NCBI GenBank assembly: GCA_041393215.1
Contig: JAWKKP010000018.1
Span: forward strand, 20,675 to 84,674
From: Draconibacterium sp.
GTDB taxonomy: Bacteria > Bacteroidota > Bacteroidia > Bacteroidales > Prolixibacteraceae
Direction of reading: 5' to 3'
Length of the DNA: 64,000 nucleotides
Every line of letters begins with the position of its first letter. The stretch's first letter is position 1. Below the pieces are notes generated by a model. The model ran no database searches. It was not told the origin of the DNA and worked only from the letters and a program-made list of their open reading frames with translations. The translations under genes were made by a program, and so were the position numbers. Positions 46,822 to 56,761 of the stretch are shown here, piece after piece.

Positions 46822-46876
46822 AAAAAACCAAGCCGGAAAAGTGTAGTTGTATACCTGTTTTCCGGCTCGGTTTTTT
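46822..46876. terminator. Bidirectional terminator
   Basis: AAAAAACC-a-AGCCGGAAAA...TTTTCCGGCT-c-GGTTTTTT. Confidence 0.85.
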
Positions 46877-46889
46877 ATCTGGAATAAGT

Positions 46890-47981
46890 TTATTCTTCAT
46901 CCATAATTTCGGTTTGCATACGCACCGAATCTTCATGGATTAACTGGAAAAGGATTTTTACAAAAGTTTCATTTAAATCGAGCTTATTCCCCAGTTTAAC
47001 GCGGTCTTCCATTAACTGGCTCCAGCGGTTAATTTGCAATGCAGTAACATTGTTATCTTTTTTGTAGCGGCCAATTTCTTTTACAATGGCCACCCTCGAA
47101 GAAAGGGTTTCGAGCAGTTCGGCGTCGATGGCATCAATGCGGTTACGCAATACATCCAGTTGGTTTTCGAAATCGGGATTACTTGCCGATTCATGCCGGA
47201 TTACCAAACGGTCAAGCAATTTGGCCAAATCGGCAGGAGTAACTTGCTGGGCGGCATCGCTCATTGCGCAGGAAGGATCGCGGTGCGATTCAATCATTAA
47301 TCCATCCATACCCATATCGAATGCTTTTTGCGAAATTTCGTAAAGCAGTTCGCGTTTTCCTGCAATGTGGCTCGGGTCGCAAATAATGGGTAAGTTTGGC
47401 ATCATCCGGCGAAGTTCAATTACGGTTTGCCAGTTCGGATAATTACGGTAGGGCGAATCCCGGAAAGGGGTAAAACCGCGGTGAATGGCTACAATATTTT
47501 TAATGCCTGCCTGGTAAATTCGCTCAACAGCTCCAAGCCAAAGTTGAGCGTCGGGGTTCACGGGGTTTTTAATCATAACCACCGCATTGGTACCTTTTAC
47601 TACATCGGCAATTTCCTGAACTACAAAAGGACTTGCAGTGGAACGAGCTCCAATCCAGAGAACATCCAGCCCTGCTTTTAACGCTTCTTCGGTATGTTGT
47701 GCGTTTGCCACTTCCGTTCCGACGGGAAATCCTGTTTCTTTCTTTACCATTTGCAGCCATTTCAGGCCGATAGAGCCAACGCCTTCAAACGATCCGGGGC
47801 GGGTTCTGGGTTTCCAAACGCCACCGCGGTAAACAAAAACGCGTTTATCTTTTGCCAGTAACCGGGCAGTTTCCAGTGCCTGTTCTTCCGATTCAAGGCT
47901 GCACGGGCCTGCAATCAATAGCGGGTTGTCGATGTTGGGCAACCAGGCTTTTATCGGATTAATATCCAGTTTTATTGTCAT
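46890..47981 (-). CDS. Bifunctional DAHP synthase / chorismate mutase
   Basis: IAGPCSLES, WKPRTRPGSFEG, WIGARST and CDPSHIAG; C-terminal LRNRIDAIDAELL chorismate mutase domain. Confidence 0.93.
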   Translation of the reverse strand: MTIKLDINPIKAWLPNIDNPLLIAGPCSLESEEQALETARLLAKDKRVFVYRGGVWKPRTRPGSFEGVGSIGLKWLQMVKKETGFPVGTEVANAQHTEEALKAGLDVLWIGARSTASPFVVQEIADVVKGTNAVVMIKNPVNPDAQLWLGAVERIYQAGIKNIVAIHRGFTPFRDSPYRNYPNWQTVIELRRMMPNLPIICDPSHIAGKRELLYEISQKAFDMGMDGLMIESHRDPSCAMSDAAQQVTPADLAKLLDRLVIRHESASNPDFENQLDVLRNRIDAIDAELLETLSSRVAIVKEIGRYKKDNNVTALQINRWSQLMEDRVKLGNKLDLNETFVKILFQLIHEDSVRMQTEIMDEE

Positions 47982-47983
47982 TT

Positions 47984-48880
47984 TTATTTGGTATAAAGTT
48001 TAACTAATCTTTCTTCATTTTTTACAAAGTGAGGGTTTTCACCCTCCAGAATGCCTCGTATTTTATTGGCGTTTTCAATTAATTCCTGAAGTCTCTCGTC
48101 GTCTTTGTTAAACAAACAATCGCGAAACTCCTGCAGGTGTTTGATGTAAACATCAAGCGATTCAACAACGTAATTGCGATTTTGTTGAAAAATAGGATGC
48201 CACATTGAACCGGAACTTTTGGCAAGCCGAACGGTTGAACGAAATCCACCACTTGCCAAATCGAAAATAATTTTACGGTTTTCTTTTGTTTGAACTGCAT
48301 TGGCGAGCGCGTAAGCTGCAGCGTGTGGCAGATGAGATACAAAAGCGGTACTGTGGTCTTGTTCATCGGAAGTCATATAGGCAATGTCCATTCCCAGGTT
48401 TTGGAACATTTTTTCAATCAGCGCCAAATGTTGCGGGCCAGAATCCTGCTGATCACAAATGATGGTAATTTTCCCTTTGAAAAGATCTTCAAGAGCCGCA
48501 GTTGGGCCTGAATTTTCGGTTCCTGACATGGGATGTGCCGGAACAAAATTTCTTCTTCGCGGATGGTCTTTCACCATTTCAACAATTACGCTTTTGGTAG
48601 AGCCCATGTCGGTTACCGTTGTGCTGCTTTTAATCAAGTCGAGCACTTTTGGGAGAACAAACAGTTCTTTATCTACCGGTATGGCAATCACCACAATGTC
48701 GGCATCGGCTACGCCATCTTCCAGCGGAACGATTTTATCAACCAACCCGATTTCAAGTGCTTTTGCAGCATGGTCGCTGTTGGCTTCCACACCAATCAGT
48801 TCGGTTGCAAATTTCGACTTTCGAAGGTCTTTGGCTATTGAACCGCCAATTAATCCTAGTCCGATTATTGTTGTTTTCAT
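47984..48880 (-). CDS. tyrA: Prephenate dehydrogenase
   Basis: IIGLGLIGGS, DMGSTK, HPMSGTE and VSHLPH. True ATG is at 48880, downstream of the attenuator. Confidence 0.93.
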   Translation of the reverse strand: MKTTIIGLGLIGGSIAKDLRKSKFATELIGVEANSDHAAKALEIGLVDKIVPLEDGVADADIVVIAIPVDKELFVLPKVLDLIKSSTTVTDMGSTKSVIVEMVKDHPRRRNFVPAHPMSGTENSGPTAALEDLFKGKITIICDQQDSGPQHLALIEKMFQNLGMDIAYMTSDEQDHSTAFVSHLPHAAAYALANAVQTKENRKIIFDLASGGFRSTVRLAKSSGSMWHPIFQQNRNYVVESLDVYIKHLQEFRDCLFNKDDERLQELIENANKIRGILEGENPHFVKNEERLVKLYTK

Positions 48881-48896
48881 TTTTACATTATTTATC

Positions 48897-48929
48897 AAAA
48901 AAAAAGGCCTCGACTTTTTCGAGACCCTT
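48897..48929 (-). terminator. Attenuator terminator in the tyrA leader
   Basis: AGGGTCTCGA-aaaag-TCGAGGCCTT followed by a long T-tract. Confidence 0.85.
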
Positions 48930-48959
48930 AGGTAAAATATCTTCAATTAACACAATATC

Positions 48960-49034
48960 CTACTTCCTGATCCCGATTTGCGAACCATAATAAAAGTAGA
49001 AGTAGAAAAAAGTATTGTTAATATTCATTTTCAT
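48960..49034 (-). CDS. Phe/Tyr-rich leader peptide MKMNINNTFFYFYFYYGSQIGIRK
   Basis: Eight consecutive Phe/Tyr codons upstream of a terminator and tyrA; -7 element TATATTTG at 49054-49061. Confidence 0.9.
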   Translation of the reverse strand: MKMNINNTFFYFYFYYGSQIGIRK

Positions 49035-49124
49035 TTCACAAGTGTTGTGGCGACAAATATAGATATATATTTTTAAAATGAAACAGAGGAAATAAAATTG
49101 CTTACAATTACTTGTTATTTTCCT

Positions 49125-51593
49125 TTAATTTTTAACAATTTTTTTTGAATAAACCGAACTCCCATTTTCTTTTATGGTAAGAAAATACATTCCTGAAGGC
49201 AAGCCACTTAAATCGAATTCCCGGTGTATTTCACCATCGCTGTCTTCTTGTTGAAGTATAGAAATCTTTTGGCCGGACAAATTGCTTAATTCAAACGTTA
49301 GCTTATCAAAGGTGTTTTTTGAATAAACATTTACATTCAGAATATGATTTGCAGGATTAGGGTAAACCCTGATATTTTTCGGCGATAGTTGTGCTAATGG
49401 CGACGAAACGGTCTTTTGAATCTGAAGATTGTCAATGGTCCAACCCCAGCCATTTGCAAAAGGATCGGAATACAAACGAAAGCGAATCCGAATTGTATCG
49501 CCAGCTTTAAAATTTCCGTTTTCCAGCATGTTGATTTCCCGTTCCATGTACCATTCGGGAATAGCAACCGCTGTTGAATTGTTTTCAGAAATGTTATCGT
49601 TGTATTCCTGTTCCCATGTAGAATTTGCCCTTGAATCGTAACCATCGGTTAAGGGCAACCAGGTTTCTCCTTTGTCCTTACTTCCTTCAACAATTACATA
49701 ATCCCAGAATTCTTCGTCACCGAACTTTGTAAGCACTTCTCCTGGTTCAACCAAAACAATTTCATCGAAAGCCATAATTGCATTATCTAAAAGGATAACA
49801 GGACGTTTTAACTGTGTTGAAAAATTCCAAAAGGCGTTATTTACCTCAGGGCTGGGGTAAGGGTGTGGGCTTTGAAGAGCAGCATTGTTGAATAGCTTTG
49901 CCTGATAAATATCAAAGTCAGAAAGAATAAAATCAGAGGTAGGGTTGTTGAAATCATTAAAGTAAGTTACCACCGGATCGAAAATCTTTTGAATTTTAAA
50001 CGAAAACGATTCATCTTGGGGAATGGTAGTATTGTTTCTGGCTACGGAGGAATCAATTGCAGTTATGCGGTAACTTATTTCGTCGCCGTCATTTAAATCG
50101 TTTAAATCAATATTGAATAGTGAAGAATAGGTTGTTTCCGAGTCCTTTTTCAACCCAAACGGATTTTGCGTAACCCCGTTAATTGAATATTCAACATAAA
50201 CGGTATCAATGCCCAGGTTATCATCTGCATATGTTTCGAGTTTTAAATTTTTTCCATCGGCGATGAAATAAGGAACAGGTGTGTGTACTATCTCTGGCGC
50301 CTCATTATCGGGGCCTATTTTTACTGAACAAAATTCAGACGGTGCATCTCCGGGAAACAGGAAGGTTCTGTTTTGATTATCTGTGGCTGTTATGTAGTAT
50401 TGAATCTCTGGTAATCCGAATTTTGGATAAATCGTAGCAGAAAAATGTGTGCCGTCTTTATTGGGGATGAACAGCAAGGAGTCAACATGATTTTCAAAAC
50501 CAGTTGTTGAATAATAAAGGATTAAAGAACTTGTGTCAAGTCCAAATTCGCTTTCAACAGAAATATTAAAAACAATTGGCTTGATTTCTTCGATGTCTTT
50601 GGGCCTATCAATATTTAGTGTAATTATACTCCAACCAATGTCGGCCAGAATTCCTTTCGTAAGTGGTCCAGGGTCATGCACTGCTTCTCCTCTCCCAATG
50701 GCATGTGTCATCAGTGAATTTCCTGACGAAACAGGATAATTTTCATCATTTAAGTGATAAATGCTCGATCCGCTGTCAAATTTAGAAGGCGCATACAGCT
50801 GTGGACTATTGCCATTATTGTTCCAAATTGCTGATGGACTGTTCGCAAACAATAGCCCGGTAAGGGCACTATACAATTTTGTAGATGGAACATCGTAAAC
50901 CGAAGGATCGACAAGTGGCAATTTATCATTACCTATGACTAGGTAATCGTATGATGTTGCGTCACCGATTTCGTTGAATTCGTACAGCCCCTGATCACCT
51001 GAAACACTAAAGAACCCGTTAAATCCCAGACCATGTGCTATTTCGTGTAATACAACCGTTACAAAATCATAGAGTAAATCGGGAGTTTTACCGTCAGTTC
51101 CATAATACCAGCTCGTGCTTTTATTAAAAGTGGCTTCAATGTCGGGATATGAAATTGAGTTAATATCTGTTTTTGCCTCTTTTTCGGCAAGAGAGATGGG
51201 ATAATACCGATCTTTATGAGGTGCATTTTTAAAATTACTCACATAGTCAGCCGGACTTGCGCTGCCTAAAACACCGGATCTCATTGTTCTCCAATTGGCT
51301 TGCACATATATTGGCACAGGGGATTCAATTATGCTTTCCCAAATGGAAACTGCATATTCGAAAGCCTTTTTAGCCTCATCAGGAAACTGGCTGTAGGTGA
51401 CGATAAAGTCTGATTTTTTTTCACCCGACTTTAAGAGAAATTCTTTTGGAGGTGAAATATATGCCTTTTCAATTTTGTCGGATGCATAACATACAACAGG
51501 TAAAGGGGTTATTTTTTTATACTTATTTCCGCTTTGAGCAACAACTGGGACAGTAAATAATAAAATTAAAAGCGACAGAAGTATTTTGTTCAT
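49125..51593 (-). CDS. T9SS-secreted zinc metalloprotease-like protein, paralogue 1
   Basis: Signal peptide; LHEIAHGLGF and GSSIYHL; C-terminal VYPNPA...SGMYFL CTD. Confidence 0.82.
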   Translation of the reverse strand: MNKILLSLLILLFTVPVVAQSGNKYKKITPLPVVCYASDKIEKAYISPPKEFLLKSGEKKSDFIVTYSQFPDEAKKAFEYAVSIWESIIESPVPIYVQANWRTMRSGVLGSASPADYVSNFKNAPHKDRYYPISLAEKEAKTDINSISYPDIEATFNKSTSWYYGTDGKTPDLLYDFVTVVLHEIAHGLGFNGFFSVSGDQGLYEFNEIGDATSYDYLVIGNDKLPLVDPSVYDVPSTKLYSALTGLLFANSPSAIWNNNGNSPQLYAPSKFDSGSSIYHLNDENYPVSSGNSLMTHAIGRGEAVHDPGPLTKGILADIGWSIITLNIDRPKDIEEIKPIVFNISVESEFGLDTSSLILYYSTTGFENHVDSLLFIPNKDGTHFSATIYPKFGLPEIQYYITATDNQNRTFLFPGDAPSEFCSVKIGPDNEAPEIVHTPVPYFIADGKNLKLETYADDNLGIDTVYVEYSINGVTQNPFGLKKDSETTYSSLFNIDLNDLNDGDEISYRITAIDSSVARNNTTIPQDESFSFKIQKIFDPVVTYFNDFNNPTSDFILSDFDIYQAKLFNNAALQSPHPYPSPEVNNAFWNFSTQLKRPVILLDNAIMAFDEIVLVEPGEVLTKFGDEEFWDYVIVEGSKDKGETWLPLTDGYDSRANSTWEQEYNDNISENNSTAVAIPEWYMEREINMLENGNFKAGDTIRIRFRLYSDPFANGWGWTIDNLQIQKTVSSPLAQLSPKNIRVYPNPANHILNVNVYSKNTFDKLTFELSNLSGQKISILQQEDSDGEIHREFDLSGLPSGMYFLTIKENGSSVYSKKIVKN

Positions 51594-51709
51594 TCTCTGT
51601 TTCTTAATAGAATATAAATACAAATGAAACTGTTTAAATGTTTTCAGCGCAATTTACAGTTTGAATTTGGTTTTAGATGAATAAAATGAAATTCAAATAA
51701 AGCTGCATA

Positions 51710-51741
51710 AAAAAATGCTGAAGTTAACTTCAGCATTTTTT
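51710..51741. terminator. Perfect 32-bp palindrome, bidirectional terminator-like
   Basis: AAAAAATGCTGAAGTT|AACTTCAGCATTTTTT. Confidence 0.8.
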
Positions 51742-51797
51742 CAAACATCATTCTTTTAGAATACAGCGAGAGAGTTTTCTCCTCCATAAACCGCACC

Positions 51798-51905
51798 CTA
51801 GATATTTTGCGATTTCTTGGCAAAAACCAGATTGTAGAAAACTACTAAAGAGGTTATTAAGCCAATGAGTGCTGCAACAAATGCAATTAATAATAAAGTT
51901 TTCAT
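51798..51905 (-). CDS. 35-aa single-TM small protein (absent from ORF track)
   Basis: MKTLLLIAFVAALIGLITSLVVFYNLVFAKKSQNI; ATG 4 nt after the stop of the upstream protease gene. Confidence 0.5.
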   Translation of the reverse strand: MKTLLLIAFVAALIGLITSLVVFYNLVFAKKSQNI

Positions 51906-51909
51906 CTTC

Positions 51910-54372
51910 CTAATTTTTAATTATTCTTTTTGTTATGGTATTAAAGTTTTCGTCGGTAATGCTTGCCAGGTAAGTTCCTGATTGAATAGATGATAAATCA
52001 ACATTTAATTTTGAGTTAAAACGAATGTCATAATTGGTTTCACGGTACACAGCTTTTCCTGTTAAATCAGTAATCGTTATTTCAACCGATGATTGGTTTA
52101 CCATACTCATACAATCAATGGTAAGATTATTTTTAAAAGGATTTGGATAAATGTTTATGTCCTGGCCAGCTAGTATGTCGTCATTGGCGGTATTAATATT
52201 TTGTATCAGCAGGTTATCGATTGCCCATCCCCATCCGTTAACCGAGTTGTCGGAAGCAAGACGGAAGCGAAACAAGACTGTATCGCCTGCAGAAAATGTA
52301 CCATTTTCGGTTAGGTTGATGGTATGTTTCCAGAACATATTTTCGTGGCCCGATGCATCGGACATATTACTCTTAAGTGAATTTGAGAATTGCATTTCCC
52401 AGGATTCATTGATTCTGGAATCGTAACCATCTGCAAGCGGTTTCCATGTTTTACCATTGTTGTTGCTTGCCTCAACAATTACATAATCCCAGAAAATATC
52501 GTCGGTAAACCGGGTTCCTTGTTCACCAGGCTCAACCAGTACAATTTCATCAAAAGTCATTTGGCCATTTTCTTCCAAAATAATGGGGTATTTTAACTGA
52601 GCTGTAAGATTATACCTCTCTTGTTGAATTTCTGATTCTGGATAAGGACTTGCTGTGTGAAGTGTTCCGTTGCTAAATCCGGCGGGAACATCAATGTTGA
52701 AGTCATTTACAGTAAAATCATTTGATGTTTTGTTGAAATCAGAGAAATATCCGGTAAGTGGTTGGTATGTTTCAAAAACTTCTACCCCGTAATACCCGTT
52801 TGCAGGTAAACTTTTTTTGTTCTTTCGTAACGAATTGTCCTCTGCCACTATTTTGTATTCTACAACGTCGCTGCTTTTTAAGTGATAAGGAATATGTAAA
52901 CTCCCTTCATAAATATCATCTTTCGAGGCCCTTAACTGGAAAGGTTCCTGATTAACCCCATTAATTCTATATTCAACTTTCACCGATTGAATTCCAAGAT
53001 TGTCAGTTGCAATTGCGGTAAAATCGATAACCGGATTTGAATTAAGCACCATTTTTGTAGGATTGTGCTTCAATGAAGGCGCATAATAATCGGTGCCAAT
53101 TTTAAACGATAATATATTTAATGGTGCACGGTTGGGGTATGTAAGTGATTTGTTGTCGGTAGTTTTTGCTGAAAAATAATATTGAAATTTTCCCTTATAG
53201 AAACTAACCGGGAGTTCGCCTTCGAATTGGTTGCTCGAATTATTGTAAGATAATAAAAGTGAATCTTTTGTGGTGAAGTAGTCTTTTGAGAAGACCACTT
53301 TTACATTTGATTTGTCGATGTTCGAGCCACTGATAATATTGGTTTTAATAGGAAGTTTCTCGACCGATTCTTCAATATCCTGAATTTCTGCAAGCTTGAA
53401 CGAAACAGCGTTCCAGCCAATCTCCGATAAAATATACAAGGTCTTTTCGCCCACATTATGAATTGCTTCGCCTTTGTAGCTGTATGGCGACATTAATTCG
53501 TTTTGTTCGCCTGCATTAATATTTGCCTCTTTTAAATGATAAATACTTCCGCCGGGATTCCAGATGTTTGGTGCATATATCATAGCAGAACCCGATTCGT
53601 TTTCAGTAGAGTAATTAAAATTAAGGTTGTTTGACGTAAGTTGACTATGTAGTTCTGCAGAAGGACTTTTGAACAGATTGTTGTCAGCAAGTCTTTGGTT
53701 TAGGGAATTATAAACAAAATAATCATAAGCACTTGGAGTTGTAGTCGAATTATTTACTTCACCCAGGTCGTTAACATTGTCGAAAAAGCCTGAAATTCCG
53801 AGTCCGTGAGCAATTTCGTGTAAAGCAACGGTAACCATATCATAAGCTGCTTCATCAGTATTTCCATCAATTCCGAAATACCACGTTTTAAGACTGTTAA
53901 AAACACATTCGATGTCAGCTTCTTTTGAGCCGTTTAATTCTTTCCCTGTTAATTTTTCGGCCAAAGCTACCGGATAGTAGATATTACCAAGTGGTGCCTC
54001 TGCAAAGTTTTTATGAAATGTAGCAGGTCTCCCGTTGGCAATAATTTTGCCTTCGAGATTTTCCCATCGTGCAACAATATTGATTGTAACCGCAGAAGAA
54101 ATATGTTGTTCCCAAATAGAAACAGCATAGGCAAAGGCATTTTTGGCTTCTTCCGGGAAATTAACATAAGTTATGTTCATGTTGCACTCTTTCGTGCTCC
54201 CCGATTTTAAATACTGACCTGATAAACCTGAAGGAATGAAAGTTCTGTTTACTTCTTCCAACCCGATATTTACAGGACTCTTTGCCCTAATAATATCTTC
54301 GTGAATATTATTTTGGCCAAGCGCAATACCTGAGGTTACAACAAAAAGTAGCGAAATAAGCGTCCATCTCAT
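51910..54372 (-). CDS. T9SS-secreted zinc metalloprotease-like protein, paralogue 2
   Basis: LHEIAHGLGI and GGSIYHL; FDEIVLVEPGE...FWDYVIVE shared with paralogue 1; IYPNPF...SGTYLA CTD. Confidence 0.82.
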   Translation of the reverse strand: MRWTLISLLFVVTSGIALGQNNIHEDIIRAKSPVNIGLEEVNRTFIPSGLSGQYLKSGSTKECNMNITYVNFPEEAKNAFAYAVSIWEQHISSAVTINIVARWENLEGKIIANGRPATFHKNFAEAPLGNIYYPVALAEKLTGKELNGSKEADIECVFNSLKTWYFGIDGNTDEAAYDMVTVALHEIAHGLGISGFFDNVNDLGEVNNSTTTPSAYDYFVYNSLNQRLADNNLFKSPSAELHSQLTSNNLNFNYSTENESGSAMIYAPNIWNPGGSIYHLKEANINAGEQNELMSPYSYKGEAIHNVGEKTLYILSEIGWNAVSFKLAEIQDIEESVEKLPIKTNIISGSNIDKSNVKVVFSKDYFTTKDSLLLSYNNSSNQFEGELPVSFYKGKFQYYFSAKTTDNKSLTYPNRAPLNILSFKIGTDYYAPSLKHNPTKMVLNSNPVIDFTAIATDNLGIQSVKVEYRINGVNQEPFQLRASKDDIYEGSLHIPYHLKSSDVVEYKIVAEDNSLRKNKKSLPANGYYGVEVFETYQPLTGYFSDFNKTSNDFTVNDFNIDVPAGFSNGTLHTASPYPESEIQQERYNLTAQLKYPIILEENGQMTFDEIVLVEPGEQGTRFTDDIFWDYVIVEASNNNGKTWKPLADGYDSRINESWEMQFSNSLKSNMSDASGHENMFWKHTINLTENGTFSAGDTVLFRFRLASDNSVNGWGWAIDNLLIQNINTANDDILAGQDINIYPNPFKNNLTIDCMSMVNQSSVEITITDLTGKAVYRETNYDIRFNSKLNVDLSSIQSGTYLASITDENFNTITKRIIKN

Positions 54373-54742
54373 TTCATTTCGATTTTATGGTTTTAAGACA
54401 AACCTTAAAACAAAAATTAATGAGGCAATAATGATTGAATAACTAGCTATGGCAAAGCTGTAGTTCTGTTCTTCCGTAAGTTTTTAATCTGGTTGACTGG
54501 GTTTGTAAATATAACCAACCAGTGGGTTTGTAAAAAAACTATTTCAACACAACTTTTAAGCAGCCATCGGCTCCAACATCATTTTTTTAAATACTTTTGA
54601 AACTTTAATTTGCACTATTGCAATTTGTGAATTCAAAAGCGCCTGCCTCATGACAGTTTTTTATTTATGGGTTTGCAAGCGTAAAAATAGGAATAAAATT
54701 CATTAATACAAGCATTTTTTTTAGATTCACAACAATAAAAAT

Positions 54743-56212
54743 ATGTTTAAAAGAAATTTTATGAAATTTTTATCAACAACATTACTGGCTGTTACTGTTC
54801 TGTTTATGCTAATTGGATTTAAGCCGGAAAAGAAATATTATGATGAACTATACCGGCCGCAATTCCATTTTACACCGGAAAAGAACTGGCACAACGATCC
54901 GAATGGTTTGGTGTATTATGATGGTGAATACCACATGTTCTACCAATATAATCCGAAAGGGAATGAATGGGGTTATATGCATTGGGGGCATGCGGTGAGC
55001 AAAGATTTAGTTCATTGGGAACATTTACCTATCGCGTTATATCCGGATGATAATTCAGAGGATAAAGTAAACTGCACTGCTTTTTCGGGGTCAGCAATTG
55101 TAGATGAAAATAATTTGCTCGAAAAACAACAGGGAGATGTAAAAACGCTGATTGCTTTTTATACCAGTCAGAATTGTGGACAGCGAATAGCTTACAGTAC
55201 AGATAAAGGAAGAACATGGGAGAAGTACGAAGGAAATCCGATAATTCCTTATGATGAAAAAGATGATGCACGGGATCCAAAAGTATTCTGGCATAACGAA
55301 TCTCAGAAATGGGTAATGGTATTGTACCGGAAGACCTCTGAAGATGACAAATCAAAAGGGGTTTCTATCTATAATTCTGATAATTTAATTGATTGGCAGT
55401 GGAAAAGCCATGTACCCGGTTTTTTTGAATGCCCCGATTTAATTCAATTAAAGGTAACCAATCGACCGGATGAGTTGAAGTGGGTACTTTTCGATGGAGA
55501 CGGATCTTATTTAATTGGCGCTTTTGATGGTGAAATATTTACACCGGAATCAGCAAAAATTAGTAGTGATTTTGGGAAAAATTATTATGCTACGCAAACC
55601 TGGAGCAATATTCCAAAAGAAGATGGAAGAACTCTGCAAATTGCATGGATGAGAGGGGGCAAATTTCCCCAAATGCCTTTTAACGGACAAATGTCTTTTC
55701 CCTGTGAGCTTTCACTTACCAAATTCAATTTTGGTTATAAATTAGTTCGCAAACCGGTAAAAGAAATAGAACAGCTGCACGGAAAACATTATAAATGGGA
55801 TAACAAGAACCTGATTCCCGGGATTAATAAAAATATTGTAAAGGGTGTAAAGGGTGACTGTTTGCACATTATTGGGGAATTCGACTTAAAAACATCGGAA
55901 AGCTTTGGCTTTATGGTTCGACAAAATAAAAAAAATCAGGGAGCTGAAATTCTTTATAACAGAAAAAGAGGTACGCTTTCAGTTTTAAATTCAACGGTAC
56001 CTGTGGTTCCTGTCGATAATAAAATTTCGTTGGAAATATTGCTTGACAGAGCATCAATAGAAATATTTATTAATGGCGGACAAGCCGTTATTTCCAACTG
56101 TTTCACGCCTGAAGAAGATGCCGACGATTTAGTTCTTACCACTTCCGGGGGAGAATTGATGGTGGATAAACTGGATATTTATAAAATGGAATCAGCCTGG
56201 TCTGAAAATTAA
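54743..56212 (+). CDS. GH32 beta-fructosidase (levanase/exo-inulinase type)
   Basis: WHNDPNG, WGHAVS, FSGS, RDP and ECPD motifs; N-terminal signal. Start may be 54761. Confidence 0.94.
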   Translation: MFKRNFMKFLSTTLLAVTVLFMLIGFKPEKKYYDELYRPQFHFTPEKNWHNDPNGLVYYDGEYHMFYQYNPKGNEWGYMHWGHAVSKDLVHWEHLPIALYPDDNSEDKVNCTAFSGSAIVDENNLLEKQQGDVKTLIAFYTSQNCGQRIAYSTDKGRTWEKYEGNPIIPYDEKDDARDPKVFWHNESQKWVMVLYRKTSEDDKSKGVSIYNSDNLIDWQWKSHVPGFFECPDLIQLKVTNRPDELKWVLFDGDGSYLIGAFDGEIFTPESAKISSDFGKNYYATQTWSNIPKEDGRTLQIAWMRGGKFPQMPFNGQMSFPCELSLTKFNFGYKLVRKPVKEIEQLHGKHYKWDNKNLIPGINKNIVKGVKGDCLHIIGEFDLKTSESFGFMVRQNKKNQGAEILYNRKRGTLSVLNSTVPVVPVDNKISLEILLDRASIEIFINGGQAVISNCFTPEEDADDLVLTTSGGELMVDKLDIYKMESAWSEN

Positions 56213-56221
56213 AAATTGATT

Positions 56222-56707
56222 ATGATGAAAGCATTTATATTCGTTCTGTTCTTTTTCGTTTCGAATATTCTGGTAGCCCAAAACATAAGTATTTATAATC
56301 CTAATGCCGATGCAAAAGCGGAAATTGCTGCCGCCATTAAGAAAGCAGCAAGTGAACATAAACATGTGTTTTTGCAAATTGGAGGAAACTGGTGCCCCTG
56401 GTGTGTGAAGTATCATAATTTTGTCCATGACGATACTGAAATCAAAACCTTTGTTGATAATAATTTTGTGGTTGTTAAGGTAAATTATGATCCGAAAAAT
56501 AAGAATGAAGAAGTGCTTGCCAGTCTGGGCTTTCCACAGCGTTTTGGTTTTCCTGTTTTTGTAGTTCTTAACGAAAAAGGCGAGCGGATTCATACCCAAA
56601 ATTCAGCTTTTCTGGAAAAAGATAATGGGTATGATCGCGATCGAGTTTTACAATTTTACAAGCATTGGGCGCCTGCAGCATTGGATCCAAATTCCTATAG
56701 AAAGTAA
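56222..56707 (+). CDS. Periplasmic thioredoxin-family protein
   Basis: Signal peptide; GGNWCPWC and FGFPVFVVL. Confidence 0.88.
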   Translation: MMKAFIFVLFFFVSNILVAQNISIYNPNADAKAEIAAAIKKAASEHKHVFLQIGGNWCPWCVKYHNFVHDDTEIKTFVDNNFVVVKVNYDPKNKNEEVLASLGFPQRFGFPVFVVLNEKGERIHTQNSAFLEKDNGYDRDRVLQFYKHWAPAALDPNSYRK

Positions 56708-56761
56708 GTTTTTCTTGTTACTGGTATGCAGAATTAAAGCGATTTTGGATTTTGCTTGAAG

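Noticed and set aside
48881-48946. Extended N-terminus of TyrA in the ORF track
   Set aside because: It runs through the attenuator terminator. The Rossmann motif begins right after the ATG at 48880.
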